Below are positions 49,850 to 62,790 of a stretch of DNA of 64,000 bases, piece after piece. The notes below the pieces were generated by a model. It worked only from the letters and a program-made list of their open reading frames with translations, did no database searches and was not told the origin of the DNA. Both the position numbers and the translations under genes were made by a program. Each line of letters starts with the position of its first letter. Position 1 is the first letter of the stretch. Origin of the DNA: Mustelus asterias (lineage: Eukaryota). The DNA is taken from the NCBI RefSeq assembly GCF_964213995.1, contig NW_027590136.1, positions 1,116,001 to 1,180,000 on the forward strand, read 5' to 3'.

Positions 49850-51000
49850 AAAACCTCCTGAAACTCCTAGATAACAAGGACACCTATGTCAGACTCCTAT
49901 TTAATGACTACAGCTCAGCCTTCAACACTATTATTACCACAAAACTTATCTCCAAACTCCGTGGCCTGGGCCTGGGCCCCTCCCTCTGCGGCTGGATCCT
50001 GAACTTCCTAACTCACAGACGACAATCAGTAAGGATAGGCAACAACACGTCCTCCACGATCATCTTCAACACCGTTGCCCCACTCGGCTGTGTTCTCAGC
50101 CCCTCGACTTATATACCTATGGCTGTGTGGTCAAATTCCCCTCCAATTCGATTTTCAAGTTTGCTGACGACACCACTGTAGTGGGTCGGATCTCCAGCAA
50201 TGACGAGACAGTACAGGAATGAGATAGAGAGTCTGATGAACTAGTGGGGCAACAATAATCTCTCCGTTAATGCAAACAAAACGAAGGAGATTGTCATCGA
50301 CTTCAGGAAGTGTAAAGGACAACATGCCCCTGTCTACATCAATGGGGACGAAGTAGAAAGAGTCGAGAGCTTCAAGTTTTTAGGTGTCCAGATCACCAAC
50401 AACATGTCCTCGTCCCCCCATGTCGACACTACAGCTAAGAAAGCTCATCAACGCCTCTATTTTCCCAGAAGACTAAGGAAATTTGGCATGTGAGCAACGA
50501 CTCTCACCAACGTTTACAGATGCACCATATAAAGCATTATTTCTGGTTGTATCACAACTCGTGCTCTGCTCAAGACCGCAAGGAACTACAAAAGGTCTTG
50601 AATGTAGCCCAATCCATCACGCAAACCTGCGTCCCATCCATTGACTCTGTCTACAATTCCCGCTGCCTCGGCAAAGCTGCCAGCATAATTAAGGACCCCA
50701 CGCACCCCGGACATTCTCTCTTCCACCTTCTTCCTTCGGGAAAAAGATGCAAAAGTCTGAGGTCACGTACCAACCGACTCAGGAACAGCTTCTTCCCTGC
50801 TGCTGTCAGACTTTTGAATGGACTTACCTTGCATTAAGTTAATCTTTCTCTGCACCCTAGCTATGACTGTAACACTGCATTCTGCACTCTCTCGTTTCCT
50901 TCTTTATGAACGGTATGTTTTGTCTGGGAAGCGCACAAGGAACAATACTTTTCACTGTCTGTTAATACATGTGACAATAATAAATCAAATCAAATCAAAC
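49850..51000 (+). mobile_element. Rex1/Babar-type LINE, 3' part
   Basis: [35 protein letters not shown] and RLRNSFFP peptides; (AAATC)n tail. Confidence 0.9.
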
Positions 51001-51600
51001 ATAACTGGAGTGTGTAATGATTTTCAAAGTCATGATATAAATGAAACTACCTGTAGCTCATGTGAAGTTACTGAATCTTTAAATCCCGATTCATTATTAC
51101 ACTGTTTTGGGAAGTAATGTAACACTTGTAGTTGTCCAGTGAGTTTCACAATATTTCTGTTGCTACCTTATTTACTTTTCACCCTGTTACCTTCATTAAT
51201 TTGGGTGAGGGCATGTTGAGTGATTTGTTGCACGTGAAAGAACCACATGTTTCAAGTATTATAATCGTCCCTCCTCAAACTAATCATGTTCACTCTTTTT
51301 ATCTTGGATATGAAGATTCAGCATCAGCAGAGAAATGAACCATCTGAGCCGCAGGAACATCTCGTCTATTTCTTCGTGAGGATCAGCTTGCTAACTCCCG
51401 ATAAACTCGGGATGGAGTTCACCCAGACACTCTGGAAGAATTGGAGATATTAGACTGACACAAATGGAATAAAGGAGCTGATTCAATTTATGAAATAGTC
51501 AAGCACAAATATGGGAACGTAGAACAGCATTTTTCAGTAACATCTATCAATGATCCATCAGTCCATTCACTGACTCCTCAATCAAAATATTCAGGCGTCC

Positions 51601-51660
51601 AACTGTCATTCATTCAACTGTCATTCATTCAACTGTCATTCATTCAACTGTCATTCATTC
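51601..51660. repeat. 15-bp tandem repeat x4
   Basis: AACTGTCATTCATTC, four perfect copies. Confidence 0.95.
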
Positions 51661-53843
51661 CTGCATCAACACAGTCATGCATTTATTGTTTGAATAGATG
51701 GTGACGTAATATTAATTGAAGTGGCCCAGTGATCCAGAGGCCCAGGACAATGATGTGAGGACAGGGATTTAAATCGGACCATTACAGCTGGTGGAGTTTG
51801 AATTCAATTAAAAAATCTGGAATAGATACTAATGGCGACCAAAGGAACCTCTCTGATTCCCCAATGAAGGAAATCTGCCATCGCTCCCTGGTCTCACACG
51901 GATGTGACTCCACACGGACAGTAAAATGGCTGGATTTTTAATATCTTCAGAAGTGGCCTAGAAAACCAATTAGTTCAAGGGAATTTGGGACAGGCAAAAA
52001 GTGCTGGTCTTTCCTCCATCTGAAACATGCCATGGAAGGATAAAGGGAAAGAAAACACAAACATAAATGTTCATGTATTACAACATGTATCCTCTCTCTG
52101 ACTCATCTCTCACAGTCTGCCTGTAATTCTTTCTATTCATCCATCACACTCTCCTGATGTACTGGAAAAATCATCATTGGTGCAAACAGGGTGCCAGAGA
52201 AGCTGCATAACTCCTTTCTTGAGAAATGGGAGCAATTCATTTGGATTTACAACTTTAAATAATTAAAGTGCCTCCTGTACTATTGCTGGGTATATTTCTT
52301 TATAAATAGGCCTCATTGACAATTGAAGAGTTTGAATTTGTCTTTCAGCCAAGCGGTCAGTACTGAGGAAACAGATATTTGACTTACTGCACAAACACCC
52401 CCAGATGCTTCCTGTCAATAACTTTGAGCGTTTGGCAGCAGCTTGGATTGCTGCCAAATACTGTGTGGGACAGATCAGCGTGAACCTGAATGGACAAAAT
52501 GGGATTCAGCCATTTAAACGATAAATATTTCATTTCCACAAGAAAGACGCATTTTAAATCGTAATCGTTCGTGTCAAATGTTTCCATTCATGCCCTGTTC
52601 ATTATGTGATTAAATGGTATCGGAAAACAATAAATTGACAAGATGCTGTTTTATTTGTGTAACTTCCAAGCAAATGCCATTCCAATCATTAAAGTCTGTT
52701 TATTAACTGCTTCATGAAATGCGAGAGAGAGATGTTGATGGTCTCAATTCCCCCTTCAATTGAGATCAGTGCAAAGACAAAAAAAATGCAAATAAATAAT
52801 ATTAAAATAACGTCATGAAACTGCATGGAACAGCGGAGATACCTGGAATATTCACAAAGTACTGCACCTCGTTTTATCAGCAGCGTCTCTTATTCCTGAT
52901 TCGCACAGTGTTCTGTTGTACACTATAATCTGACTTCCATTATTCAATAGTTCATCTCATATCTGCCAACGAGTAGATAAATTATCAGTTTATAACCTGA
53001 TTCAGTGGAAAGTAAAATATATATTCTTGTGATAATGTGTAATGTGCCGCAAATCCTGATATCCTGTGTTCCTGATACCAGCGAATATTAGACAACCGGT
53101 GGCTAACAAAATGAGCTGCGATAATTTGGATGCTGAAGGACAACTTTACTGATCGCCGTGTCTGTTCCGATTAATTAAATTCTCTGTCAAAAGGCAAATT
53201 CAATTTTATGCTTCTCTGTTTCTCTGCCAACGCACTCTTTAATTTTCACGCAGGCGGGTTTGTTTTACCCCTAATTTAGACAGAGCTGTCTTCCATTCAG
53301 GGACATTTTGAAAAATGTCAGGAGACACTATATAATGCGAGGAAATTCCTGTTATCTCCAAACCCAAATTGTACCGTGATAGCCATCCAGACTGTAAATA
53401 GAATCACTTGTTTTCGTCCCCGCATTTAATTAAAGAAATCGATAGCAATTCTTCTGATAAATTATGCTTTATTATTGTAATGTGATAGAGACCCGGAATT
53501 GTTGCAAGCTAGACTCAATGTTACTTTATTTTCTGAAAATATAATTTTATTACTTTTAGTTTTGTCTTTTTGTTAGGGGCGTGTTAATAAAAGCACCATG
53601 TTTACAGTTGAATTAGTTTTTTTTAATACAGAGATGATGAACTGCAATATCACCTTTAGAAATAATGGAGACATTGCAATGAATCGATTCAGGCAAACGA
53701 AAATCCTGATAGTGATAAAATGCCCACTTTATTATTAACCTATTGTTAATCCCGGAGTCCATTCTTTTGGGGGTGTGGAAGGTGGGACCTGGATCCAGTC
53801 GCCGCCTCCACCCGGGAATCAAAAGGCGGCGCCTTCTGCCGGG

Positions 53844-53860
53844 TATTTAAATGACGCTCA
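53844..53860 (+). promoter_or_regulatory. VH promoter TATA box and CRE-like motif
   Basis: TATTTAAA followed by TGACGCTCA, ~90 bp upstream of the leader ATG; no proximal octamer. Confidence 0.6.
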
Positions 53861-53942
53861 CTGGGACCGGAATCCAACAGTCCGGGAGTTGGTTTGTTCA
53901 CTGAGTTCCTGACACAACCATTTCCCCCAAATGACCAGAAGA

Positions 53943-53988
53943 ATGAACTCGGCGATTTCTCTCAGTTTGTTGCTGACTTTCTTATCCG
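53943..53988 (+). CDS. IgH leader exon (MNSAISLSLLLTFLS; in-frame upstream ATG at 53931)
   Basis: Hydrophobic leader, phase-1 GT donor at 53989, intron to TACAG at 54115. Confidence 0.9.
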
Positions 53989-54115
53989 GTGATTAGTTTT
54001 TCTTGTCCACGTCTCTCACTGTTACTGTATCAGAATTAGCCTACCTTTGGAATGACCCAGAGTCAGCAATCATTTCACCAAGATTAATCCTCGGTAATTT
54101 GACATGTTTTTACAG

Positions 54116-54423
54116 GTGTCCAGTCGGAGATTGTGTTGACTCAGCTGGAGGCAGAAACAGGGCGTCCCGGCGGCTTCCTGAGACTGACCTGTAAAACCAG
54201 TGGCTTCGATCTTGGCAGCAACTGGATGAACTGGATTAGACAGGTTCCCGGACAGGGGCTGGAGTGGTTGGTTGGATACAGAAGTTCATTTTACACCACC
54301 TACTATGACCCACAGATTCAGGGCCGATTTACTCCGTCCAAAGACCTTTCGAACAATATCTTCGCTTTGGACATGATGAGCCTGAAGACTGAAGACACCG
54401 CCATCTATTACTGTGCAAGAGAC
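54116..54423 (+). CDS. IGHV: Ig heavy-chain V segment, shark IgM-type, unrearranged and open
   Basis: VQS-EIVLTQ...[10 protein letters not shown]...[12 protein letters not shown]...[10 protein letters not shown]. Confidence 0.96.
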
Positions 54424-54462
54424 CACAGTAAGAGGAACCAGGGCTGGACCTCAACAAGAACA
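54424..54462 (+). promoter_or_regulatory. VH 23-RSS
   Basis: CACAGTA, 23-bp spacer, ACAAGAACA. Confidence 0.9.
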
Positions 54463-54830
54463 GCTCGAGAGGGAGTGCAGCAACTTCCATCATAACCTGA
54501 TTGTCAATAACTGTTTTAAGTGTAATGTTAATGACAGTGATCAGAACTAAAACACAAACCGCTTCTGACAAACCTAACTTAGAGAAAATTAAACATTAAA
54601 CCGAGCAAACCCACAGACATAATGGTGCTTTTCACTCTATTTATATTTACCGTTAACAGTTTCTGCAATTGCAGACCTGGGATATAATGCTCGTTTTAAT
54701 ATTTCTGATACTTGGAGGAGATGTTTCTGGATTGTGTTTTATAAACTGCTGCATAAATTGTAAATTGCTCAGAAATATTGGTCTATTTGTAGTGAATATT
54801 GAGCGGCAGTACTGAACAGAGAGTGAGTGC

Positions 54831-54906
54831 AGTTTTTGTGCGGGCGTGTCTCACTGTGATACAGCAGTGGGTGGGTGGCACAACAGTTACTGTCAATACA
54901 AAAAAC
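54831..54906 (+). other. IGHD: Single DH segment (54859-54878) with 12-RSS on both sides
   Basis: AGTTTTTGT-12-CACTGTG | ATACAGCAGTGGGTGGGTGG | CACAACA-12-ACAAAAAAC. Confidence 0.9.
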
Positions 54907-55213
54907 CCCTCAGCACTAATTGACCGAGGCTGTGTCAGTGCTCTGGTTCACAATCCAACATTATTTACAGTGCTGTATTATTGATGTCTAACACTGCAAT
55001 AATAGCGAGAATTAATATTCAATGATCAGTTGGTGTTTTCAATAATATGATCATGTGATACTCTGTGAAATATAAAGTATTCGGGTCATTTATGTAGAGC
55101 GAACAGTGTCCACAAATACAATAATAATTTGATGAAAATGCAGTGATTTACTTACCCTCTGGCTTGTGAATTTTTAAAATAATGGTGGATTTCTGTCTAT
55201 TTTGCGCAGGGAT

Positions 55214-55300
55214 GGTTATTGTATGAGCCAGCCCAGGGAATGTGACACTGTGACGCCATGGATTACTGTGGACAAGGGACCATGGTGACGGTGACTGCAG
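55214..55300 (+). CDS. IGHJ: JH segment (55253-55300) with 23-RSS
   Basis: GGTTATTGT-23-CACTGTG; AMDYCGQGTMVTVTA; donor GTAAGG at 55301. Confidence 0.94.
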
Positions 55301-55834
55301 GTAAGGACTGTAAATTTATTTAGTAAGTGTTTTACTTGAGTTTTTGTTTTATATTTTTTCTCGATTTTATTAATTCACTTGTTCACTGAAATGTGGTTTG
55401 GTGGATTATGTGCTGAAAATCTTTACAATGTTTCATGTGATTCTGCTTAAAATGGGGGTTATAGAATTCTACTGATAATTGACAAAAGGTGAGTGATTCA
55501 GTCTCTGTTGTGATTTGGTGTTTATCTGCTGAGGACATTGTGTGGTTGGGTTACTTTAAGTACCTACCTTCTGTTAAACAGTTCGGCGTTTCTGCAATGT
55601 TTTATCTCGGTGACATATAGTGGCTGCGAGTTGTACCATCAACTGCACAAGTGTTTGACGTCTAACCCAATATTAACAAAACGTGTTAAAGTTTCTGCAT
55701 TAATATTATGAACATGTTCCACTTAATCACAATGCTGCTTTTGTTATGTCGTTGTTGTGCTCATTTTAATTATTAGTTACTTTGGTGACGGGCGGATTGG
55801 CTGGATTTTATATTGAGATTTTCTTGCAATGTTG

Positions 55835-56318
55835 CATTTGCAGAGGAGATTTGCCAGGATGCTGCCTGGTTTGGAGGGTCGGTCTTATGAGGAAAGGTTG
55901 AGGGAGCTGGGGCTGTTCTCTCTGGAGCGGAGGAGGCTGAGGGGGGGGGGGGGGGGGATATAATAGAGGTTTATAAAATGATAAAGGGGATAGATAGAGT
56001 GAACGTTCAAAGACTCTTTCCTCGGGTGGATGGAGCTTTTACAAGGGGGCATAACTATAGGGTTCATGGTGGGAGATATAGGAAGGATATCAGAGGTAGG
56101 TTCTTTACGCAGAGAGTGGTTGGGGTGTGGAATGGTCTGTCTGCAGTGATAGTGGAGTCAGACATTTTAGGAACATTTAAGCGGTTATTGGATAGGCACA
56201 TGGAGCCACCAGGATGATAGGGAGTGGGATAGCTTGATCTTGGTTTCAGATAAAGCTCGGCACAACATCGTGGGCCGAAGGGCCTCTCCTGTGCTGTACT
56301 GTTCTATGTTCTATGATT
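55835..56318 (+). mobile_element. CR1 3' fragment in the J-C intron
   Basis: Near-identical to the reverse complement of 42352-42810. Confidence 0.9.
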
Positions 56319-59267
56319 CTGTTGAAAGTGTTTGTAGAATTGAGCTGCTTCTGCATGAAACGGAGTTCAGTCGCTCAGTGATGTGCATTTCTGGTGAGGA
56401 GATTTTGTATCTGGGTGACTTTGAATAAGTAAAACGTGTGAGATGGTTTTTCGATTCAGCATTGTTTCTGCATTGTTTAAAGTCGGTTACACTGATCTGT
56501 TATACGCTTTGTGCTTGAATACAAACAGTCTATAGGTGTTAAATTGCTTGACAGAAATCGGGCATGCTTTATTGCATTTGTATTTTTTTATCGTAAGTGA
56601 TAATTGCAGATCACGCCGCTCGTTCAGAACATAGTTTGCCACTGCAATCACTGTTTGGGGTATCTGCAATGTTTAACCTCGGTGATATCTGATGGCTGAA
56701 GTTTTTCCCATATGTTTAAATATGTTTGAAATTTGACCCAATATAAATAAAATGTGTTAAAGTTTCAATACTAATTTGTCGGACATATTCCACCTCCGCG
56801 CAACGTTATTGCTATTATTCCATATTTCTGTTTAGGTTAATGATTCATGCATTTGGTGACGAGCTGTTTTGCTGAATTCAACATTGAGATGTTCTTGCAA
56901 TGTTCCATTTGATTCTGTTGAATGAATAATTGAGCTGCTATTCCGTGAAACGGGGTTCCATCCCTCAGTGATCTGTTTTGGAGTGTTTCTTTTGAGGAGA
57001 TTTTGTGGTTCGGCCACTGTGAATATTTAAAATGTGTGAAATGGTTTGGCATTTCAGCATTGTTCTGCATTGTTTAATCTCGGTGGTACTGAGCTGTTAC
57101 ACGTTTTCTGGTTGAAAGCAAACAATCTATGAGTTTGAAAATCCATGTAGAGAGAAAACAGGCAGGTTTTGGGAAAAAGATAGAGACATTACAGCGTTTT
57201 TATAAATTTTAACTAACGCTTCCAAATTAAAATAAATCATGACTTACAAAGTTCATTCGGACAGTAAGTCGTTGCTGCAGTCACAAACTTCTCATTAACA
57301 AGTTTGATAGTAAAATTAATATGAATCAAACAATTATTAATCGGTAATATTCACCATTCACCACATTCACCAAAGATTATTTTGTATTAATATCATTTAG
57401 CATTAATGACTTCTACTAGTTCTGCTGTGCTTTGCACACAATTAACATGACCAGAAAAAATTCTGTGCTGGAAATATTTTGTGATAATTCCAGAAACTAT
57501 TTCAATGATAACATGCTGCTTCCACAGCAGCGCTCAGTTTAACAAGATACTTTGCATTAATCGTTATCTCCTTGATTAAGTTCGCATTCACTTAAATATG
57601 AGTTTCGGAAAATAAGACATTGCTATTTGGCAATTTATGTATCCGATTGTTACATTCTTTCTGTGCAGGCGCAACCACATTATTCCTTCCAAGTAATCTA
57701 TAGTTGGATACACGATAATTAATCCCTAATCTAATCTTAAAATTTGTTGAACTGTTTGTGGTTGCTCAATTGTTTCTGTATTGTTTAGCTCAGTGATAAT
57801 GAGCAGTTACACGTTTTCTGGCTAAATGAAAATAAATCTGCGTTTGAAAATTCTTGTAGGGATAAAACAAACAGATTTCGGAAAAATAAAATAAATACAT
57901 GTTATAGTATCTTATTAGTGTTAACTGATGCTTAAGAATTAAAATAAATCATGAATTACAATTCTCACTATGCCACTATATCTCTGTTAGGGACATTACT
58001 CATTTTCAGAAAAAGTACATTTTTGCCCAGTTTTCGAGATTTGAGACAGACAGGGAGAGATATTTAAAGATTGAAGGGAGTTTTGAAATGAATATCAGTT
58101 TAATTTAAAATAGTTTATTGATTTTTTTGTTGTTGCAATTTTATCATTGATAAATTAGAATCAAACTGTTTGAATAAATTTGGCAGATTGAACAGAGATT
58201 TCTGACGGGTGGAATTCGCTTACACTCAAGTAATTGTTCATTAGATTAGATTATGTTTGAATTGTAGTAAATTAAATTGTAGTAAAGTGTCAATAGAAAC
58301 TGGCTAAAGATGGAGAAGTTAATGCTTGAAATGCAAAAAGATTAATTTATATAAAATATTATAATAATATTATATATATTATAAAAGTAATCTTAGCTCT
58401 TCACTTAATAATAACATTCTGTCTCCCACTACTGCTGAACACAGGATAGAATTATGGGAAGAATAAATAACGGAACAGAAGAATTGATTCTATCTGAACC
58501 TTATGTTCTTATTAAATATTATAATGAAAAAAAAGTCTGGACTTGTATTCTGCATCATGTTTTAGTGTTACAGAGGATTTGAATCAATTGTCCTCTTTGT
58601 GTTTGCACTGTTTAATTCAGATCTTCTTTAATTAAACGATATGTTCAGTAATTAAGTTATTTGGATGCTCTAAATTATTAAATCTAGGAAGCAGTATGAT
58701 TGATTTCAAACTGTCAGGCCGTTACCGCCTATAGAAATTCAGAACTATGCATTTTAACACGTTTGTAGGTTATAATAAGACATTTGTAGTAAAGGTTAAA
58801 AAGTTAAAATATTACAATGTGATTAGATTTAAGTAAATGAATGACAGATGTCTGAATGTTTCCATTCAGTAATTTGAAATTATTGTTCAACATTGTCTAA
58901 GATTTAATTGTAACCTAATTATTTAACAATGTTGGAGGCAGAAGCACGTTTTGAATGATTGATAACTCATTTTATTACAGAGTACAAATCAGCTAACAGG
59001 AGAACGAACTGACAAATAACAATAACTTACAATATAATATTAATTCAAAACAAAAGACCTTGAATATTGCACTGGCCTGCAAAATATCACCCGTTTTAGA
59101 GAATATTTAATTGTATCAGAAATGAATTCAGAAACAAAACATTTCTTTACTCAGCTGTGCTCAGCTCGATAAAGTGCTTTGCCTTGATTATTTTGTTGAT
59201 TACATTTAATTAAGAAATTAGATCGAATCAGGTAATGATTTTCAACGTACATGTTTCTTGGTTTGTT

Positions 59268-59470
59268 TAATTGTTACTGTGTCACTGCATCTCTGTTAGG
59301 GACACTGAATTGTTACTGTGTCACTGCATCTCTGTTAGGGACACTGAATTGTTACAGTGTCACTGCATCTCTGTTAGGGACCCTGAATTGTTACTGTGTC
59401 ACTGTATCTCTGTTAGGGACATTGAATTGTTACAGTGTCACTGTATCTCTGTTAGGGACATGGAATTGTC
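59268..59470. repeat. 39-bp tandem repeat x5
   Basis: AATTGTTACTGTGTCACTGCATCTCTGTTAGGGACACTG units. Confidence 0.93.
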
Positions 59471-60779
59471 CTGAATCTGTTATTTTCGATTGCTCATTTT
59501 CAGCGAAATTACATTTTTACTTAGTTTTCGAGAAGTGAGACAGAGAAATAATTAAAAATTGACAGGAGTTTTGGAATGAATATCAGTTTTATTTAAAAGA
59601 GGTTATTGATTTTCTGTTGTTGTAAGTTGTTCATTAATCAATTAGAATCGAACAGTTTGAATGAAATTGACAGATTGAACAGACATATCTGCTGGGAAAT
59701 CGATTGTTGCACCGTAATGTGTCTGTTGTCCGCGTGGTCACCGTGTTGGTGCCAGGAATCTGCCTGACTGGTTGTAAATCTTCTGGTTCCTTCGCCTGTA
59801 TTTCAGGGAGTGAAATTTGATTTATTTCTTCAATACACTTGTACCTGTGAGAAATGTGACAGTTTGACTTGATGTTTGATTTGGCGTCTCTGAAATTAGA
59901 TCCCTAAAGCATAATGTTACCATGAGAGAGAGAGCAGAAACGTCAGACTGGAGCGGGAGAATTGGGTGATTTTTAAGCAGTGATGTACCTGCCTTGGGAA
60001 TGCTCGATGAGCAAATGGAAAGTGAGATTTACTATATTGTACTCCATACTAGAGCAGTCCCTAACCTGTTTAGTAGGACAGTTGGAGGGTCAAATTCATT
60101 TGCATCTTATTTTTAATCTTCTAAAGGTATTTTAGAGTCATTTGCTCGGCCAGAATTTTTAATCTTCCCGAATTGTTCCTTGAGAAAGTGTTGATATGAA
60201 GCATCTTTGAATAACTGCAGTCCATATGCTGCAGGCATCCGCCGTGCTGTTGGGCAGGCAGTTCCAGGATTTTCACCCAGCGACAGTGAAGGAACTGAGA
60301 TATTGTTTCAAGTCAGGACGGAGGGGAGCTTGCAGGTGGTAGTGTTCATATGTGGCTGCCGCCCTTGCCCTGCTAGGATGTAAAGGCAGCGGGCTTGGAC
60401 AATGTTTTCTATGGAGCCTTGGTGAGTTGCTGCAGTGCATTTTGTATATAATACACACTGCTGATACTGCTTGTTAATGATGGAGAAAATGAATAGGATG
60501 AATGAGAGGGCGGGTAACCTTATGGGCTACCTTACCTGAGCGTTACCTTATGGGCGACTTAGCCCTGGATTGTGTCAAATTTCTTGAGTTTTAACAAGTT
60601 TCGCTCATTGAGGAAAGAGGAAATTATTCATTGTGACTGACTTGTGAAAGATTTAACTGTTTTTCTAACCTTTGACCCGCAGTCCGTATTGTGCTCACAT
60701 ATCACTCCCACTGACTGTGTGAGTGGGTGAGTTTGTGTGGAGTGAGGGTGCTTTTCCAAACTGAATCAGCCAGCTAGAG

Positions 60780-61892
60780 ACTTACACACATCACACATTC
60801 TCACACACATAAATACACACATATACACTCTCATATTCTCTCACACATGCACACATACATACTCAGACTTACTTACCCTCTCATACGATCTCTCTCACAA
60901 ACCCATAGACATTCTCTCTGTCTCACGTTCTACATACACTCTCAAATACAAATGCATACATATTCTCGCTCTCTCAATCAATCTCTCACACTCCCATACA
61001 CAAAAGCACTCACACACACACACACCCACACACATTCTCTCTTACACGCAGACGCACACTCTCACATAAGCACAGTCTCACACTTTCGCACACGCACTCT
61101 CACATGCACTCTCTCTCCCACACTCTGTCACACACGCTCAAGCTATCTCACATTTATTCACACAGGCTCTCTCACAATTCCTCTTGGACACGCATCTCTC
61201 TCTCTCTCTCTCACGCACACACGCATATATTTCTATTTCTCTTGCACACACTATCTCACACCTGTACATTCTTGCTCTCACACACTGGCTCTCTCACAAA
61301 CACTCTCTCACAAACATAGAACATGCACACACTGTAACACACATTCTTACACACAGACACAGTCTCTCACATAAGCACAGTCATACGTACACATTATCCC
61401 TCACATACACACACACACACACATGCACTATCCCTCTCACATTCCCTCTTCCGTACTCTCATTCCGTCTCACACTCATTCACACACACACACGCACACAC
61501 ATGCACTATCCCTCTCACATTCCCTCTTCTGTACTCTCATTCCGTCTCACACTCAGTCACATACTCTCTCTCATACGAACACTTGCACACGCATTCTCTT
61601 ACATAGGCACATATTTCTCTCTCTTTCACACGCTCACTTCCTTACACATTGTCTCACAGATGCACAATCTTGCTCTCAAATACTGTCTCTCACAAACACC
61701 CTCCCTTTCACACACACACAGTCTCGACATCTCTCACACACGGACACACATGTATATGCAACGTATCTCTCAAACACTCCACCTATCACAGGCACATGTT
61801 ATCTCAACGGTTATTTCACTCACACACACTCACATATCCATTCTGTCTAAGTTTCACACTTTTTGTCGCTCACACACACTCTCCCCGCCCCT

Positions 61893-61947
<55 letters not shown>

Positions 61948-62178
61948 GTTTGAAGAACAGAGACATACTCTCACATAAATAAAGAATAACTCTTCAAACA
62001 CACTCTCTCTCACACACAGACACACACATTCTCTATCTCACATATCCTTCCTCTCACGCACACTCTCTTTTCTTGCACGCACAAAGCTCTCATGTGTCTG
62101 ACCCACTCTCACACACATAAACACACACAACGTCTCTCTCTCTCACACAAAAACTCTCTCACGCTCTCTCTGTCTCTC

Positions 62179-62210
<32 letters not shown>

Positions 62211-62790
62211 ACACACACACACACTCAAACATATTGCTTCTATCACCCACACACATTGCACACATCTTTCTCACTCACACGCCATCCCATGCACACTTTC
62301 ACACACTGATGAACCTACTATTTTGCTTTCCAATAGGCACTCCCTCTCACACACACTGTCTTTCACATGAACACAACACTCTCTCCCACACACACATACC
62401 CTCCCTCTCAAGCACACACACTCTCTTTCACAGACACCCTATATCACATATAGACACACTCCTTTTCACATAAACACACACTCAATCACACACAGAAGAA
62501 CTCTCTCACACAGACTGCCCACACACACACTTTCAAGAAGAGACACGCTCTCACACACAAAAAATAACTCTTCAAATACACATTCTCTCTCACACACACA
62601 CACATTACTTCACACACCCTTTCTCTCACGCATACTCTCCCCTCTTGCACACACAGCCCACTGTCTCACACATGTGCAAATGCAGTCCATCACACACAGG
62701 CATCCTCAGACTCACACCTCTCTCTCTCTCTTATTCACACACACCCAAACACCCTCTCACACACTTTCTATCTCTCATACGTCAGAGTGT
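60780..62790. repeat. CA/CT-rich low-complexity tract with a (CA)n microsatellite (similar CTCA-rich tract at 63720-64000)
   Basis: Direct inspection; ORFs here are His/Thr/Ser/Leu artefacts. Confidence 0.95.

Noticed and set aside
52786-52793. Octamer ATGCAAAT upstream of VH
   Set aside because: Lies ~1.15 kb from the leader in an A-rich tract and reads ATGAAAAT in the paralogous block; probably chance.
60847-62473. His/Thr-rich ORFs
   Set aside because: Translations of CA/CT low-complexity DNA.
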